Of a DNA stretch of 64,000 nucleotides, positions 14,761-29,289 are shown in pieces. The notes beneath the pieces were generated by a model, which saw nothing but the letters and a program-made list of their open reading frames with translations, was not told the origin of the DNA and searched no databases. The stretch is taken from assembly GCA_964016885.1 (NCBI GenBank), contig OZ024740.1, positions 79,608,001-79,672,000 on the forward strand, given 5' to 3'. Both the position numbers and the translations under genes were made by a program. The stretch is from Eledone cirrhosa (taxonomy: Eukaryota). Each line of letters opens with the position of its first letter. Positions within the stretch are counted from its first letter, which is position 1.

Positions 14761-16599
14761 ACAGCCACCAAAATTGAGACACGGAAGATAGCCGCGAAAA
14801 CTGAGACACTGAAGACAGCCACTAAATTTGAGACATGGAAGGCAGCTACCAAAATTGAGACACTGAAGAGAGCCACTAATATTGAGACACTGAAGACGGC
14901 CATTAAAATTGAGACAATGAAGACAGCCACCAAAATTAAGACACTGAAGACAGCCACCAAAATTGAGACACTGAAGACAACCACCAAAATTGAGACACTG
15001 AAGACAGTCACCAAAATTGAGACACTGAAGACAGCCACCAAAATTGAGACATCGAAGGCAGCCACCAAAATTGAAACACTGAAGACAGCCACCAAAATGA
15101 AGACACTGAAGACAACCACTATAATTGAGACACTGAAGACAGCCACCAAAATTGAGACACTGAAGACAACCACCAAAATTGAGACACTGAAGACAGTCAC
15201 CAAAATTGAGACACTGAAGACAGCCACCAAAATTGAGACATCGAAGGCAGCCACCAAAATTGATACACTGAAGACAGCCATAAAAATTGAGACACTGAAG
15301 CCAGCCACCAAAATAGAGACATTGAAGACAGCCACCAAAATTGGGACACTGAAGAGAGCCACTAAAATTGAGACACTGAAGACAGTCACCAAAATCGATA
15401 AACTGAAGACAGCGACCTAAATTGAGACACTGAAGAGAGCCACCAAAATTGAGACACCGAAGACAGCCACGAAAATTGAGACATCGAAGACAGCAACTAA
15501 AATTGCGACACTGAAGACAGCCACAAAAATTGAGACACCGATGACAGCCACTAAAATTGAGACGTCGAAGGCTGCCACCAAAATTGAGACACTAAAGACA
15601 GCCACCAAAATTGAGACACTGAAGACAGCCACTAATATTGAGACACTGAAGACAGCCATTAAAATTGAGACATCGAAGGCAGCCACCAAAATTGAGACAC
15701 TGAAGACAGCGACAAAAATTGAAGCACTGAAGACATCCACCAAAAATGAGACACTGAAGACAGCCACCAAAACTGAGACACGGTAGACAGCCACCAAATT
15801 TGAGACACTGAAGACAGCCACCAAAATACAGACACTTAAGACACCCACTAAAATTGAGACATCGAAGGCAGCCACCAAAATTGAGACACTGCAGACAGTC
15901 ACCAACATTGAGACACTGAAGACAGCCACCAATATTGAGACATCGAAGGCAGCCACGAAAATTGAGACACTGAAGACAGCCACCAAAATTAAGACACTGA
16001 AGACAGCCACCAAAATTGAGACACTTAAGATAGCCACGAAAACTGAGACACTGAAGACAGCCACTAAATTTGAGACACTGAAGACAGCCACCAAAATTTC
16101 GACACTAAGACAATCACCAAAATTGAGACATCGAAGTGTGCTACCAAAATTGAGACACTTAGACAGTCACTAAAATTGAGACACTGAAGACAGCCACCAA
16201 AATTGAGACACTGAAGATAGCCACCAAAATTGAAACATCGAAGGCAGCCACCAAAATTGAGACACTGAAGACAACCACCAAAACTGAGACACTGAAGACA
16301 ACCACCAAAATTGAGACACTGAAGACAGCCACTAAAATTGAGACAGCGAAGGCAGCCACCAAAATTGAGACACTGAAGACAGTCACCAAAATTGAGACAC
16401 TGAAGACAGCCACCAAAATTTAGACACTGAAGACTGCCACCAAAACTGAGACACGGAAGACAGCCACCAAAATTGAGACACTGGAGACAGCCACTAAAAC
16501 TGAGACACTGAAGACAGCCACCAATATTGAGATCCTGAAAACAGCCACTAAAATTGAGACACTGAAGACAGCCACCAAAATTGAGACATCGAAGACAGC

Positions 16600-17260
16600 C
16601 ACCAAAATTGAGACACTGAAGACAGCCACCAATATTGATACAATGAGCACAGCCACTAAAATTGAGACAGTGAAGACAGCCACCAAAATTGAGACACTGA
16701 AGACAGCCACCAAAATTGAGACGCGGAAGACAGCAACTAAAATTGCGACACTGAAGACAGCCACCAAAATTGAGACACTGAAGACAACCACCAAATTTGA
16801 GATACTGAAGACAGCCACTAAAATTGAGACATCGAAGGCACCCACCAAAATTGAGACACTGAAGACAGCCACTAAAATTGAGACACTGAAGACAGCCACC
16901 AATATTGAGACCCTGAAAACAGCCACTAAAATTGAGACACTGAAGACAGCCACCAAAATTGAGACATCGAAGAAAGCCTTCAAAATTGAGACACTGAAGA
17001 CAGCCACCAATATTGATACAATGAGCACAGCCACTAAAATTGAGACAGTGAAGACAGCCACCAAAATTGAGACACTGAAGACAGCCACCAAAATTGAGAC
17101 ACGGAAGACAGCAACTAAAATTGCGACACTGAAGACAGCCACCAAAATTGAGACACTGAAGACAACCACCAAATTTGAGATACTGAAGACAGCCACTAAA
17201 ATTGAGACATCGAAGGCACCCACCATAATTGAGACACTGAAGACAGCCACTAAAATTGAG
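16600..17260. repeat. Local tandem duplication with 378-bp period (14 monomers)
   Basis: The rare variant aatattgatacaatgagcac has its ATG at 16643 and 17021, each followed by nearly the same monomer series. Confidence 0.85.
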
Positions 17261-19944
17261 ACACTGAAGACATCCACCAAAATTGAGACACTGAAGACTG
17301 CCTCCAGAAATGAGACACAGAAAAGAGCCACCAAATTTGAGACATTAAGGCAGCCACCGAAAGTGTGACGATGAAGACAGCGACCAAAATTGAGACCCTT
17401 AAAACAGCAACTAAAATTGAGACACTGAAGACAGCCACCAATATTGAGACCCTGAAAACAGCCACTAAAATTGAGACACTGAAGACAGCCACCAAAATTG
17501 AGACATCGAAGACAGCCACCAAAATTGAGAGACTGAAGACAACCACTAAATTTGAGACATCGAAGGCAGCCACCAAAATTGAAACACTGAAGACAGCCAC
17601 CAAAACTGTGACAATGAAGACAGCCACCAAAATTGAGACACTGAAGACAGCCACTAAAATTGAGACATCGAAGGCAGCCAACAAAATTGAGACACTGAAG
17701 ACAGTCACCAAAATTGAGACACTGAAGACAGCCACCAAAATTTAGACACTGAAGACAGCCACCAAAACTGAGACACGGAAGACAGCCACCAAAATTGAGA
17801 CACTGGAGACAGCCACTAAAACTGAGACACGGAAGACAGTCACCAAAATTGAGACACTGGAGACAGCCAGTAAAATTGAGAAACTGATGATAACTACCTA
17901 AATTGAGAAAATGAAGATAGCCACCAAAATTGAGTCAATGAAGACAGCTAGCAAAATTGAGACACTAAGACAGCCACTAAAATTGAGACACTAAAGACAG
18001 CCACTAAAATTAAGACACTGAAGATAATCACCAAATCTGAGACACTGAAAACAGCCACTAAAATTGAGACACTGAAGACAGCCACTAAAATTGAGACACT
18101 GAAGACAGACACCAACATTGAGACATTGAAGATAGTCACCAAAATTGTGACACTAAAGACAGCCTCCAAAATTGAGACACTGAAGACAGCCACCAAAATC
18201 GAGACACTGGAGACATCCACCAAAATTGAGATACAGAAGACAGCCAGCAAAATTGAAACACTGAAGACAGCTAGCAAAATTGAGACACTGAAGACAGCCA
18301 GCAAAATTGAGACACTGAAGACAGCCAGCAAAACTGAGACATTGAGGACAGCTACAAAATCTGAGACACTGAAAAAGCGACCAAAACTGAGACACGGTAG
18401 ATAGCCCCTAACGTTGAAACACTGAAGACAGCCACCAAAATTGAGACACTGAAGACAGCCACTAAAATTGAGACACTGAAGATAGCCACTAAAATTGAGA
18501 CACTGAAGAAAGCCACCAAAATTAACACACTAAAAACAGCCACCAAAATTGAGTCACTGAAGAAAGCCAGCAAAACTGAGACATTGACGACAGTCACCAA
18601 AATAGAGACACTGAAAACAGCCACCAAATGTGAGACACTGAAGACAGCCACCAAAACTAAGACACGGAAGATAGCCCCCAAAGTTGAGACACTGAAGACA
18701 CCCACCAAAACTGAGACACTGAAGACAGCCTTTAAAATTGAAACACTGAAGCCAGCCACCAAAACTGAGACACTGAAGGTAGCCACCAAAATTGAGACAT
18801 TAAAGACAGCCACCAAGATTGAGACATTGAAGGCAGCCACCAACATGAAGACACTAAGAGAGCCACCAAAATTGAGACACTGAAGACAACCGCCAAATGT
18901 GAGACACTGAAGACACCCCCCAAAATTGAGACATTAAAGACAGCCACCACAATTGAGCCACAAAAGATAGCCACCAAAATTGAAGCATTGAAGACAGTCA
19001 CCAACATTGAGACACTGAAGAGTGCCACCAAAATTCAGGCAACGAAGACAGCCACTAAAATTGAGGCATTGAAGACAGCCACCAAAATTGGGACACTGAA
19101 GACAGCCACCAAAACTGAGGCATTGAAGATCGACACCAAAATTGAGACATTGAAGACAGTCACCCAAATTGAGACACTGGAGACAGCCACCAAAATTGAG
19201 CCACTGAAGACAGCCACCAAAATTGAGACACTGAAGAGAGCCACCAAAATTGAGACACCCATGACAGTCACTAAAATTGAGACGTCGAAGGCAGCCACCA
19301 AAATTGAGACACTAAAGACAGCCACCAAAATTGAGACACTGAAGATAGCCAACAAAGTTGAGACACTGAAGACAGCCACTAATATTGAGACACTGAAGAC
19401 AGCCATTAAAATTGAGAGATCGAAGGAAGCCGCCAAAATTGAGACACTGAAGAGACCCACTAAAATTGAGACACTGAAGACAGGTACCAAACTGAGACAT
19501 TGAAGACAGCCACCAAAATTGAGACACTGAAGACAGCCACCAAAACTGAGACAATGACGATAGCAACCAAAATTGAGACATTGAAGACAGTCACCCAAAT
19601 TGAGACATTGGAGAGAGCCACCAAAATTGAGCCACTGAAGAGCGCCACAAAAATTGTGACACCGATGACAGCCACTAAAATTGAGACGTCGAAGGCAGCC
19701 ACCAAAATTGAGACACTAAAGACAGCCACCAAAATTGAGACACTGAAGACAGCCACTAATATTGAGACACTGAAGACAGCCATTAAAATTGAGACATCGA
19801 AGGCAGCCACCAAAATTGAGACACTGAAGACAGCGACAAAAATTGAAGCACTGAAGACAGCCACCAAAGATGAGACACTGAAGACAGCCACCAAAACTGA
19901 GACACGGTCGACAGCCACCAAAATTGAGACACTGAAGACAGCCA

Positions 19945-22900
19945 CCAAAATTGAGACACTTAAGACAACCACTAAAATTGAGACATCGAAGGGAGCCACC
20001 AAAATCGAGACACTGCAGACAGTCACCAAAATTGAGACACTGAAGACAGCCACCAAAACTGAGACATCGAAGGCAGCCACGAAAATTGAGACACTGAAGA
20101 CAGCCACCAAAATTGAGACACTGAAGACAGCCACCAAAATTGAGACACGGAAGACCAACTTAAATTGCGACACTGAAGACAGCCACCAAAATTGAGACAC
20201 TGAAGACAGCCACCGAAATTGAGACACTGAAGATAGCCACCAAAATTGAAACATCGAAGGCAGCCACCAAAATTGAGACACTGAAGACAGCCACCAAAAC
20301 TGAGACATTGAAGATAGACACCAAAATTGAGACATTGAAGACAGTCACCCAAATTGAGACACTGGAGACAGCCACCAAAATTGAGCCACTGAAGACAGCC
20401 ACTAATATTGAGACACTGAAGACAGCCATTAAAATTGAGACATCGAACGCAGCCACCAAAATTGAGACACTGAAGACAGCGACAAAAATTGAAGCACTGA
20501 AGACAGCCACCAAAAATGAGACACTGAAGACAGCCACCAAAACTGAGACACGGTCGACAGCCACCAAAATTAAGACACTGAAGACAGCCACCAAAATTGA
20601 GACACTTAAGACAACCACTAAAATTGAGACATCGAAGGCAGCCACCAAAATTGAGACACTGAAGACAGCCACCAAAACTGAGACATCGAAGGCAGCCACG
20701 AAAATTGAGACACTGAAGACAGCCACCAAAATTGAGACACTGAAGACAGCCACCAAAATTGAGACACGGAAGACCAACTAAAATTGCGACACTGAAGACA
20801 GCCACCAAAATTGAGACATCGAAGGCAGCCACGAAAATTGAGACACTGAAGACAGCCACCAAAATTGAGACACTGAAGACAGCCACCAAAATTGAGACAC
20901 GGAAGACCAACTAAAATTGCGACACTGAAGACAGCCACCGAAATTGAGACACTGAAGATAGCCACCAAAATTGAAACATCGAAGGCAGCCACCAAAATTG
21001 AGACACTGAAGACAGCCACCAAAACTGAGACATTGAAGATAGACACCAAAATTGAGACATTGAAGACAGTCACCCAAATTGAGACCTGGAGACAGCCACC
21101 AAAATTGAGCCACTGAAGACAGCCACCAAAATTGAGACACTGAAGATAGCCACCAAAATTGAAACACCCATGACAGCCACTAAAATTGAGACGTCGAAGG
21201 CAGCCACCAAAATTGAGACACTAAAGACAGCCACCAAAATTGAGACACTGAAGATAGCCAACAAAGTTGAGACACTGAAGACAGCCACTAATATTGAGAC
21301 ACTGAAGACAGCCAGTAAAATTGAGACATCGAAGGAAGCCGCCAAAATTGAGACACTGAAGAGACCCACTAAAATTGAGACACTGAAGACAGGCACCGAA
21401 CTGAGACATTGAAGACAGCCACCAAAATTGAGACACTGAAGACAGCCACCAAAACTGAGACAATGAAGATAGCAAACAAAATTGAGACATTGAAGACAGT
21501 CACACAAATTGAGACATTGGAGAGAGCCACCAAAATTGAGCCACTGAAGACAGCCACAAAAATTGTGACACCGATGACAGCCACTAAAATTGAGACGTCG
21601 AAGGCAGCCACCAAAATTGAGACATTAAAGACAGTCACCAAAATTGAGACACTCAAGACAGCCACTAATATTGAGACACTGAAGACAGCCATTAAAATTG
21701 AGACATCGAAGGCAGCCACCAAAATTGAGACACTGAAGACAGCGACAAAAATTGAAGCACTGAAGACAGCCACCAAAACTGAGACACTGAAGACATCCAC
21801 CAAAACTGAGACACGGTAGACAGCCACCAAAATTGAGACACTGAAGACAGCCACCAAAATTGAGACACTTAAGACAGCCACTAAAATTGAGACATCGAAG
21901 GCAGTCTACAAAATTGAGACACTGCAGACAGTCACCAAAATGGAGACACTGAAGACAGCCACCAAAATTGAGACACTTAAGACAGCCACTAAAATTGAGA
22001 CATCGAAGGCAGCCACGAAAATTGAGACACTGAAGACAGCCACCAAAATTGAGACACTGAAGACAGCCACCAAAATTGAGACACGGAAGACCAACTAAAA
22101 TTGCGACACTGAAGACAGCCACCAAAATTGAGACACTGAAGACAGCCACCAAAATTGAGACATTTAAGATAGCCACGAAAACTGAGACACGGAAGACAGC
22201 CACCAAAATTGAGACACTGAAGACAGCCACAAAAATTGAGACACTGAAGACAGCCACTAAAATTGAGACATCGAAGGCAGCCACGAAAATTGAGACACTG
22301 AAGACAGCCACCAAAACTTAGACACTAAGACAATTACCAAAATTGAGAAATCGAAGACAGCCACCAAAATTGAGACACTAAGACAGCCACTAAAATTGAG
22401 ACACTGAAGACAGCCACCAAAATTGAGACACTGAAGGGTGCCACCAAGATTGAGACACTGAAGAAAGCCACGAAAACTGAGACACCGAAGACATCCACTA
22501 AAATTGAGACACTAAGACAATCACCAAAATTGACACATCGAAGACAGCCACCAAAATTGAGACACTGAAGACACCCACTAAATTTGAGACATCGAAGGCA
22601 GCCACCAAAATTGAGACACTGAAGACAGGCACCAAATCTGAGACAGTGAAGACAGCCACCAAAATTGAGACACTGAAGACAGCCACCAAAATTGAGACAC
22701 GGAAGACAACAACTAAAATTGCGACACTGAAGACAGCCACCAAAATTGAGACACTCAAGACAGTCACCAAAATTGAGACACTGAAGATAGCCACGAAAAC
22801 TGAGACACTGAAGACATCCACTAAAATTGAGACACTGAAGACAGCCACCAAAATTTAGACACTAAGACAATCACCAAAATTGAGACATCGATGACAGCCA

Positions 22901-25900
22901 CCAAAATTGAGACACAGAAGACAGCCCCCAAAACTGAGACAATGAAGATAGCAACCAAAATTGAGACATCGAAGGCAGCCAACAAAATTGAGACACTGAA
23001 GAGTGCCACTAATATTGAGACACTGAAGACAGCCATTAAAATTGAGACAGTGAAGACAGCCACCAAAATTAAGACACTGAAGACAACCACTATAATTGAG
23101 ACACTGAAGACAGCCACCAAAATTGAGACACTGAAGACAGCCACCAAAACTGAGACATTGAAGACAGCCACCAAAATTGAGACACTGAAGACAGCCACCA
23201 AAACTGAGACAATGAAGATAGCAACCAAAATTGAGACATTGAAGACAGTCACCCAAATTGAGACACTGGAGAGAGCCACGAAAATTGAGACACCGATGAC
23301 AGCCACTAAAATTGAGACGTCGAAGGCAGCCACCAAAATTGAGACACTAAAGACAGCCACCAAAATTGAGACACTGAAGACAGCCACTAATATTGAGACA
23401 CTGAAGACAGCCATTAAAATTGAGACATCGAAGGAAGCCACCAAAATTGAGACACTGCAGACAGTCACCAAAATTGAGACACTGAAGACAGCCACCAAAA
23501 CTGAGACATCGAAGGCAGCCACGAAAATTGAGACACTGAAGACAGCCACCAAAATTGAGACACTGAAGGCAGCCACCAAAATTGAGACACGGAAGACCAA
23601 CTAAAATTGCGACACTGAAGACAGCCACCAAAATTGAGACACTGAAGACAGCCACCAAAATTGAAACACTGAAGATAGCCACGAAAACTGAGACACTGAA
23701 GACATCCACTAAAATTGAGACACTGAAGACAGCCACCAAAATTTAGACACTAAGACAATCACCAAAATTGAGACATCGAAGACAGCTACCAAAATTGAGA
23801 CACTAAGACAGCCACTAAAATTGAAACACTGAAGACAGCAACCAAAATTGAGACACTGAAGATAGCCACCAAAATAGAAACATCGAAGGCAGCCACTAAA
23901 ATTGAGACACTGAAGACAGCCACCAAAATTGAGTCACTGAAGACATCCAACAAAACTGTGACACGGAAGACAGCCACCAAAATTGAGACACTGAAGACAG
24001 CCACAAAAATTGAGACACTGAAGACAGCCACTAAAATTGAGACATCCAAGGCAGCCACGTAAATTGAGACACTGAAGACAGCCACCAAAATTTAGACACT
24101 GAAGACAGCCACCAAAATTGAGACACTGAAGATAGCCATTAAAACTGAGATACTGAAGACATCCACTAAAATTGAGACACTGAAGACAGCTACCAAAATT
24201 GAGACACTGAAGGTAGCCACGAAAACTGAGACATTGAAGACAGCCACTAAAATTGAGACACTGAAGACAGCCACCAAAATTTAGACACTAAGACAATCAC
24301 CAAAATTGAGACATCGAAGACACCCACCAAAATTGAGACACTGAACACAGCCACTAAATTTGAGACATCGAAGGCAGCCACCAAAATTGAGACACTGAAG
24401 ACAGCCACCAAAACTGAGACACTGAAGACAGCCACCAAAATGAGACACTGAAGACAGCCACCAAAATTGAGACACTGAAGACAGCCACTAAAATTGAGAC
24501 ATCGAAGGCAACCACCAAAATTGAGACACTGAAGACAGTCACCAAAATTGAGACACTGAAGACAGCCACCAAAATTGAAACACTGAAGAAGCCGCGAAAA
24601 TTGAGACACTGAAGACAGCACCTAAAATTGCGACACTGAAGACAGCCAACAAAATTGAGACACTGAAGAGAGCCACCAAATTTGAGACACTAAGACAGCC
24701 ACCGAAAGTGAGACACTGAAGACAGCGACCAAAATTGAGGCACTGAAGACAGCCACCAATATTGATACCCTGAGGACTGCCACTAAAATTGAGACAGTGA
24801 AGACAGCCACCCAAATTGAGACACTGAAGACAGCCACCAAAATTGAGACACGGAACAGAGCAACTAAAATTGCGACACTGAAGACAGCCACTAAAATTGA
24901 GACATCGAAGGCACCCACCAAAATTGAGACACTGAAGACAGCCACTAAAATTGAGACACTGAAGACATCCTCCAAAATTGAGACACTGAAGACAGCCACC
25001 AAAAACGAGACACTGAAAAGAGCCACCAAATTTGAGACATTAAGGCAGCCACCGAAAGTGAGACACTGAAGACAGCGACCAAAATTGAAGCACCGAAGAC
25101 AGCCACCAATATTGAGACTCTGAAAACAGCCGCTAAAATTGAGACACTGAATACAGCCACCAAAAATGAGACACTAAGACAATCACCAAAATTGAGACAC
25201 TGAAGACAGCCACTAAAATTGAGACATCGAAGGCAGCCACCAAAATTGAGACACTGAAGACAGTCACCAAAATTGAGACACTGAAGACAGCCACCAAAAC
25301 TGAGACATCGAAGGCAGCCACGAAAATTGAGACACTGAAGACAGCCACCAAAATTGAAACAGTGAAGACATCCACGAAAATTGAGACACTGAAGACAGCA
25401 ACTAAAATTGCGACGCTGAAGACAGCCACAAAAATTGAGACACTGAAGACAGCCATCAAAATTGACACACAGAAGAGAGCCACCAAATTTGAGACACTAA
25501 GACAGCCACCGAAAGTGAGACACTGAAGAGAGCGACCAAAATTGAGGCACTGAAGAGAGACACCAATATTGATACCCTGAGGACAGCCATTAAAATTGAG
25601 ACAGTGAAGACAGCCACCAAAATTGAGACACTGAAGACAGCCACCAAAATTGAGACACGGAACACAGCAACAAAAATTGCGACACTGAAGACAGCCACTA
25701 AAATTGAGACATCGAAGGTACCCACCAAAATTGAGACACTGAAAACAGCCACTAAAATTGAGACACTGGAGACATCCTCCAAAATTGAGACACTGAAGAC
25801 GGCCACCAAAAATGAGACATGAAAAGAGCCACCAAATTTGAGGCATTAAGGCAGCCACCGAAAGTGAGACACTGAAGACAGCTACCAAAATTGAAGCACT

Positions 25901-28900
25901 GAAGACAGCCACCAATATTGAGGCCCCGAAAACAGCCACTAAATTTGAGACACTGAAGACAGCCACTAAAATTGAGACACTGAATACAGCCACCAAAAAT
26001 GAGACACTAAGACAATCACCAAAATTGAGACACTAAAGACAGCCACCAAAATTGAGACACTGAAGACAGCCACCAAAACTAAGACAGGGAAGACAGCCAC
26101 CAAAATTGAGACACTGAAGACATCCACTAATATTGAGACATCGAAGGCAGCCACGAAAATTGAGACACTGAAAACAGCCACCAAAATTTAGACACTAAGA
26201 CAATCACCAAAATTGAGACATCGAAGACAGCCACCAAAATTGAGACACTGAAGACAGCCACCAAAATTGAGACACTGAAGAGTGCCACCAAAATTGAAAC
26301 ACTGAAGATAGCCACGAAAACTGAGACACCGAAGACATCCACTAAAATTGAGACACTGAAGACAGCCACCAAAATTTAGACACTAAGACAATCTCCAAAA
26401 TTGCGGCATCGAAGACAGCCACCAAAATTGAGACACTGAAGACACCCACTAAATTTGAGACATCGAAGGCAGCCACCAAAATTGAGACACTGAAGACAGC
26501 CACCAAAACTGAGACACGGAAGACAGCCACCAAAATTGAGACACTGAAGACAGCCACCAAAACTGAGACTTCGAAGGCAGCCACGAAAATTGAGACACTG
26601 AAGACAGCCACCAAAATTGAGACACTGAAGACAACCACCAAAATTGAGACACTGAAGACAGTCACCAAAATTGAGACACTGAAGACAGCCACCAAAATTG
26701 AGAGATCGAAGGCAGCCACCAAAATTGATACACTGAAGACAGACACAAAAATAGAGACATTGAAGACAGCGACCTAAATTGAGACACTGAAGATAGCCAC
26801 CAAATTTGAGACACTAAGACAGCCACCGAAAGTGAGACACTGAAGACAGCGACTAAAATTGAGGCACTGAAGACAACCACCAATATTGATACCCTGAGCA
26901 CAGCCACTAAAATTTAGACAGTGAAGACAGCCACCAAAATTCAGACACTGAAGACAGCCACGAAAATTGAGACACGGAAGACAGCAACTAAAATTGCGAC
27001 ACTGAAGACAGCCACCAAAATTGAGACACTGAAGACTGCCACCAAAATTGAGACACAGAAAAGAGCCAGCAAATTTGAGACATTAAGGGAACCACCGAAA
27101 GTGAGACACTGAAGACAGCGACCAAAATTGAAGCACTGAAGACAGCCACCAATATTGAGACCCTGAAAACAGCCACTAAAATTGAGACACTGAAGACAGC
27201 CACCAAAATTGAGACATCGAAGACAGCCACCAAAATTGAGACATTGAAGACAACCACTAAATTTGAGACATCGAAGGCAGCCACCAGAATTGAGACACTG
27301 AAGACAGGCTCCAAAACTGAGACACAGAAGATAGCCACCAAAATTGAGACACTGAAGACAGCCACCAAAAGTGAGACACTGAAGACAGCCACTAAAATTG
27401 AGACATTGAAGGCAGCCACCAAAATTGAGACACTCAAGACAGTCACCAAAATTGAGACACTGAAGACCGCCACCAAAATTTAGACACTGAAGACAGCCAC
27501 CAAAACTGAGACACGGAAGACAGCCACCAAAATTGAGACACTGAAGACAGCCACTAAAATTGAGACACTGAAGACAGCCACTAAAATTGAGACATCGAAG
27601 GCAGCCACGAAAATTGAGACACTGAAGACAGCCACCAAAATTTAGACACTAAGACAATCACCAAAATTGAAACATCGAAGACAGCCACCAAAATTGAGAC
27701 ACTGAGACAGCCACTAAAATTGAGACACTGAAGACAGCCACCAAAATTGAGACACTGAAGACAGCCACCAAAATTGAGACACTGAAGATAACCATTAAAA
27801 CTGAGACACCGAAGACAGCCACTAAAACTGAGACACTGAAGACAGCCACCAAAATTGAGACACTGAAGACAGCCACCAAAATTGAGACACTGAAAGTAGC
27901 CACGAAAACTGAGACACTGAAGACAGCCACTAAAATTGAGACACTGAAGACAGCCACCAAAATTTAGACACTAAGACAATCACCAAAATTGAGACATCGA
28001 AGACAGCCACCAAAATTGAGACACTGAAGACAGCCACTAAAATTGAGACATCGAAGGCAGCCACAAAAATTGAGACACTGAAGACAGTCACCAAAATTGA
28101 GACACTGAAGACAGCCACTAAAATTGAGACATCGAAAGCAGCCACGAAAATTGAGACACTGAAGACAGCCACCAAAATTTAGACACTAAGACAATCACCA
28201 AAATTGAGACATCGAAGACAGCCACCTAAATTGAGACACTGAACACAGCCACTAAAATTCTGGCACTGAAGACAGCCACCAAAATTGAGACACTGAAGAC
28301 AGCCACCAAAATTGCGACACTGAATATAGCCATTAAAACTGAGACACCGAAGACAGCCACTAAAACTAAGACACTGAAGACAGCCACCAAAATTGAGACA
28401 CTGAAGACAGCAACCAAAATTGAGACATTGAAGGTTGCCACGAAAACTGAGACAATGAAGACAGCCACTAAAATTGAGACACTGAAGACAGCCACCAAAA
28501 CTTAGACACTAAGACAACATCAAAATTAAGACATCGAAGACAACCACCAAAATAGAGACACTGAACACAGCCACTAAATTTGAGACATCGAAGGCAGCCA
28601 CCAAAATTGAGACACTGAAGACAGCCACCAAAACTGAGACACGGGAGACAGCCACCAAAATCGAGACACTGAAGACAGCCACCAAAATTGAGACACTGAA
28701 GACAGCCACTAAAATTGAGACATCGAAGGCAGCCACCAAAATTGAGTCACTGAAGACAGTCACCAAAATTGAGACACTGAAGACAGCCACCAAAACTGAG
28801 ACATCGAAGGCAGCCACGAAAATTGAGACACTGAAGACAGCCACCAAAATTGAAACAGTGAAGACATCCACGAAAATTGAGACACTGAAGACAGCAACTA

Positions 28901-29200
28901 AAATTGCGACGCTGAAGACAGCCACAAAAATTGAGACACTGAAGACAGCCATCAAAATTGAGACACTGAAGAGAGCCACCAAATTTGAGACACTAAGACA
29001 GCCACCGAAAGTGAGACACTGAAGACAGCGACTAAAATTGAGGCACTGAAGACAACCACCAATATTGATACCCTGAGCACAGCCACTAAAATTGAGACAG
29101 TGAAGACAGCCACCAAAATTCAGACACTGAAGACAGCCACGAAAATTGAGACACGGAAGACAGCAACTAAAATTGCGACACTGAAGACAGCCACCAAAAT
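19945..29200. repeat. Higher-order block, copy 1. The first about 6.7 kb recurs at about 34.67 kb; the full about 9.2 kb recurs at about 41.47-50.8 kb
   Basis: Offsets to copy 3 are 21423 (21070/42493, 22498/43921, 23786/45209) and 21638 (26988/48626, 27658/49296, 28226/49864, 28509/50147). Offsets to copy 2 range from 14727 to 14513. Confidence 0.9.
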
Positions 29201-29289
29201 TGAGACATCGAAGGCACCCACCAAAATTGAGACATCGAAGGCACCCACCAAAATTGAGACACTGAAGACATCCTCCAAAATTGAGACAC

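Noticed and set aside
20023-20910. Cys-rich CxxC (GGCLQCLNF) ORFs resembling zinc-binding or surface proteins
   Set aside because: This is just one minus-strand frame of the monomer, and it switches to other peptide repeats at indels.
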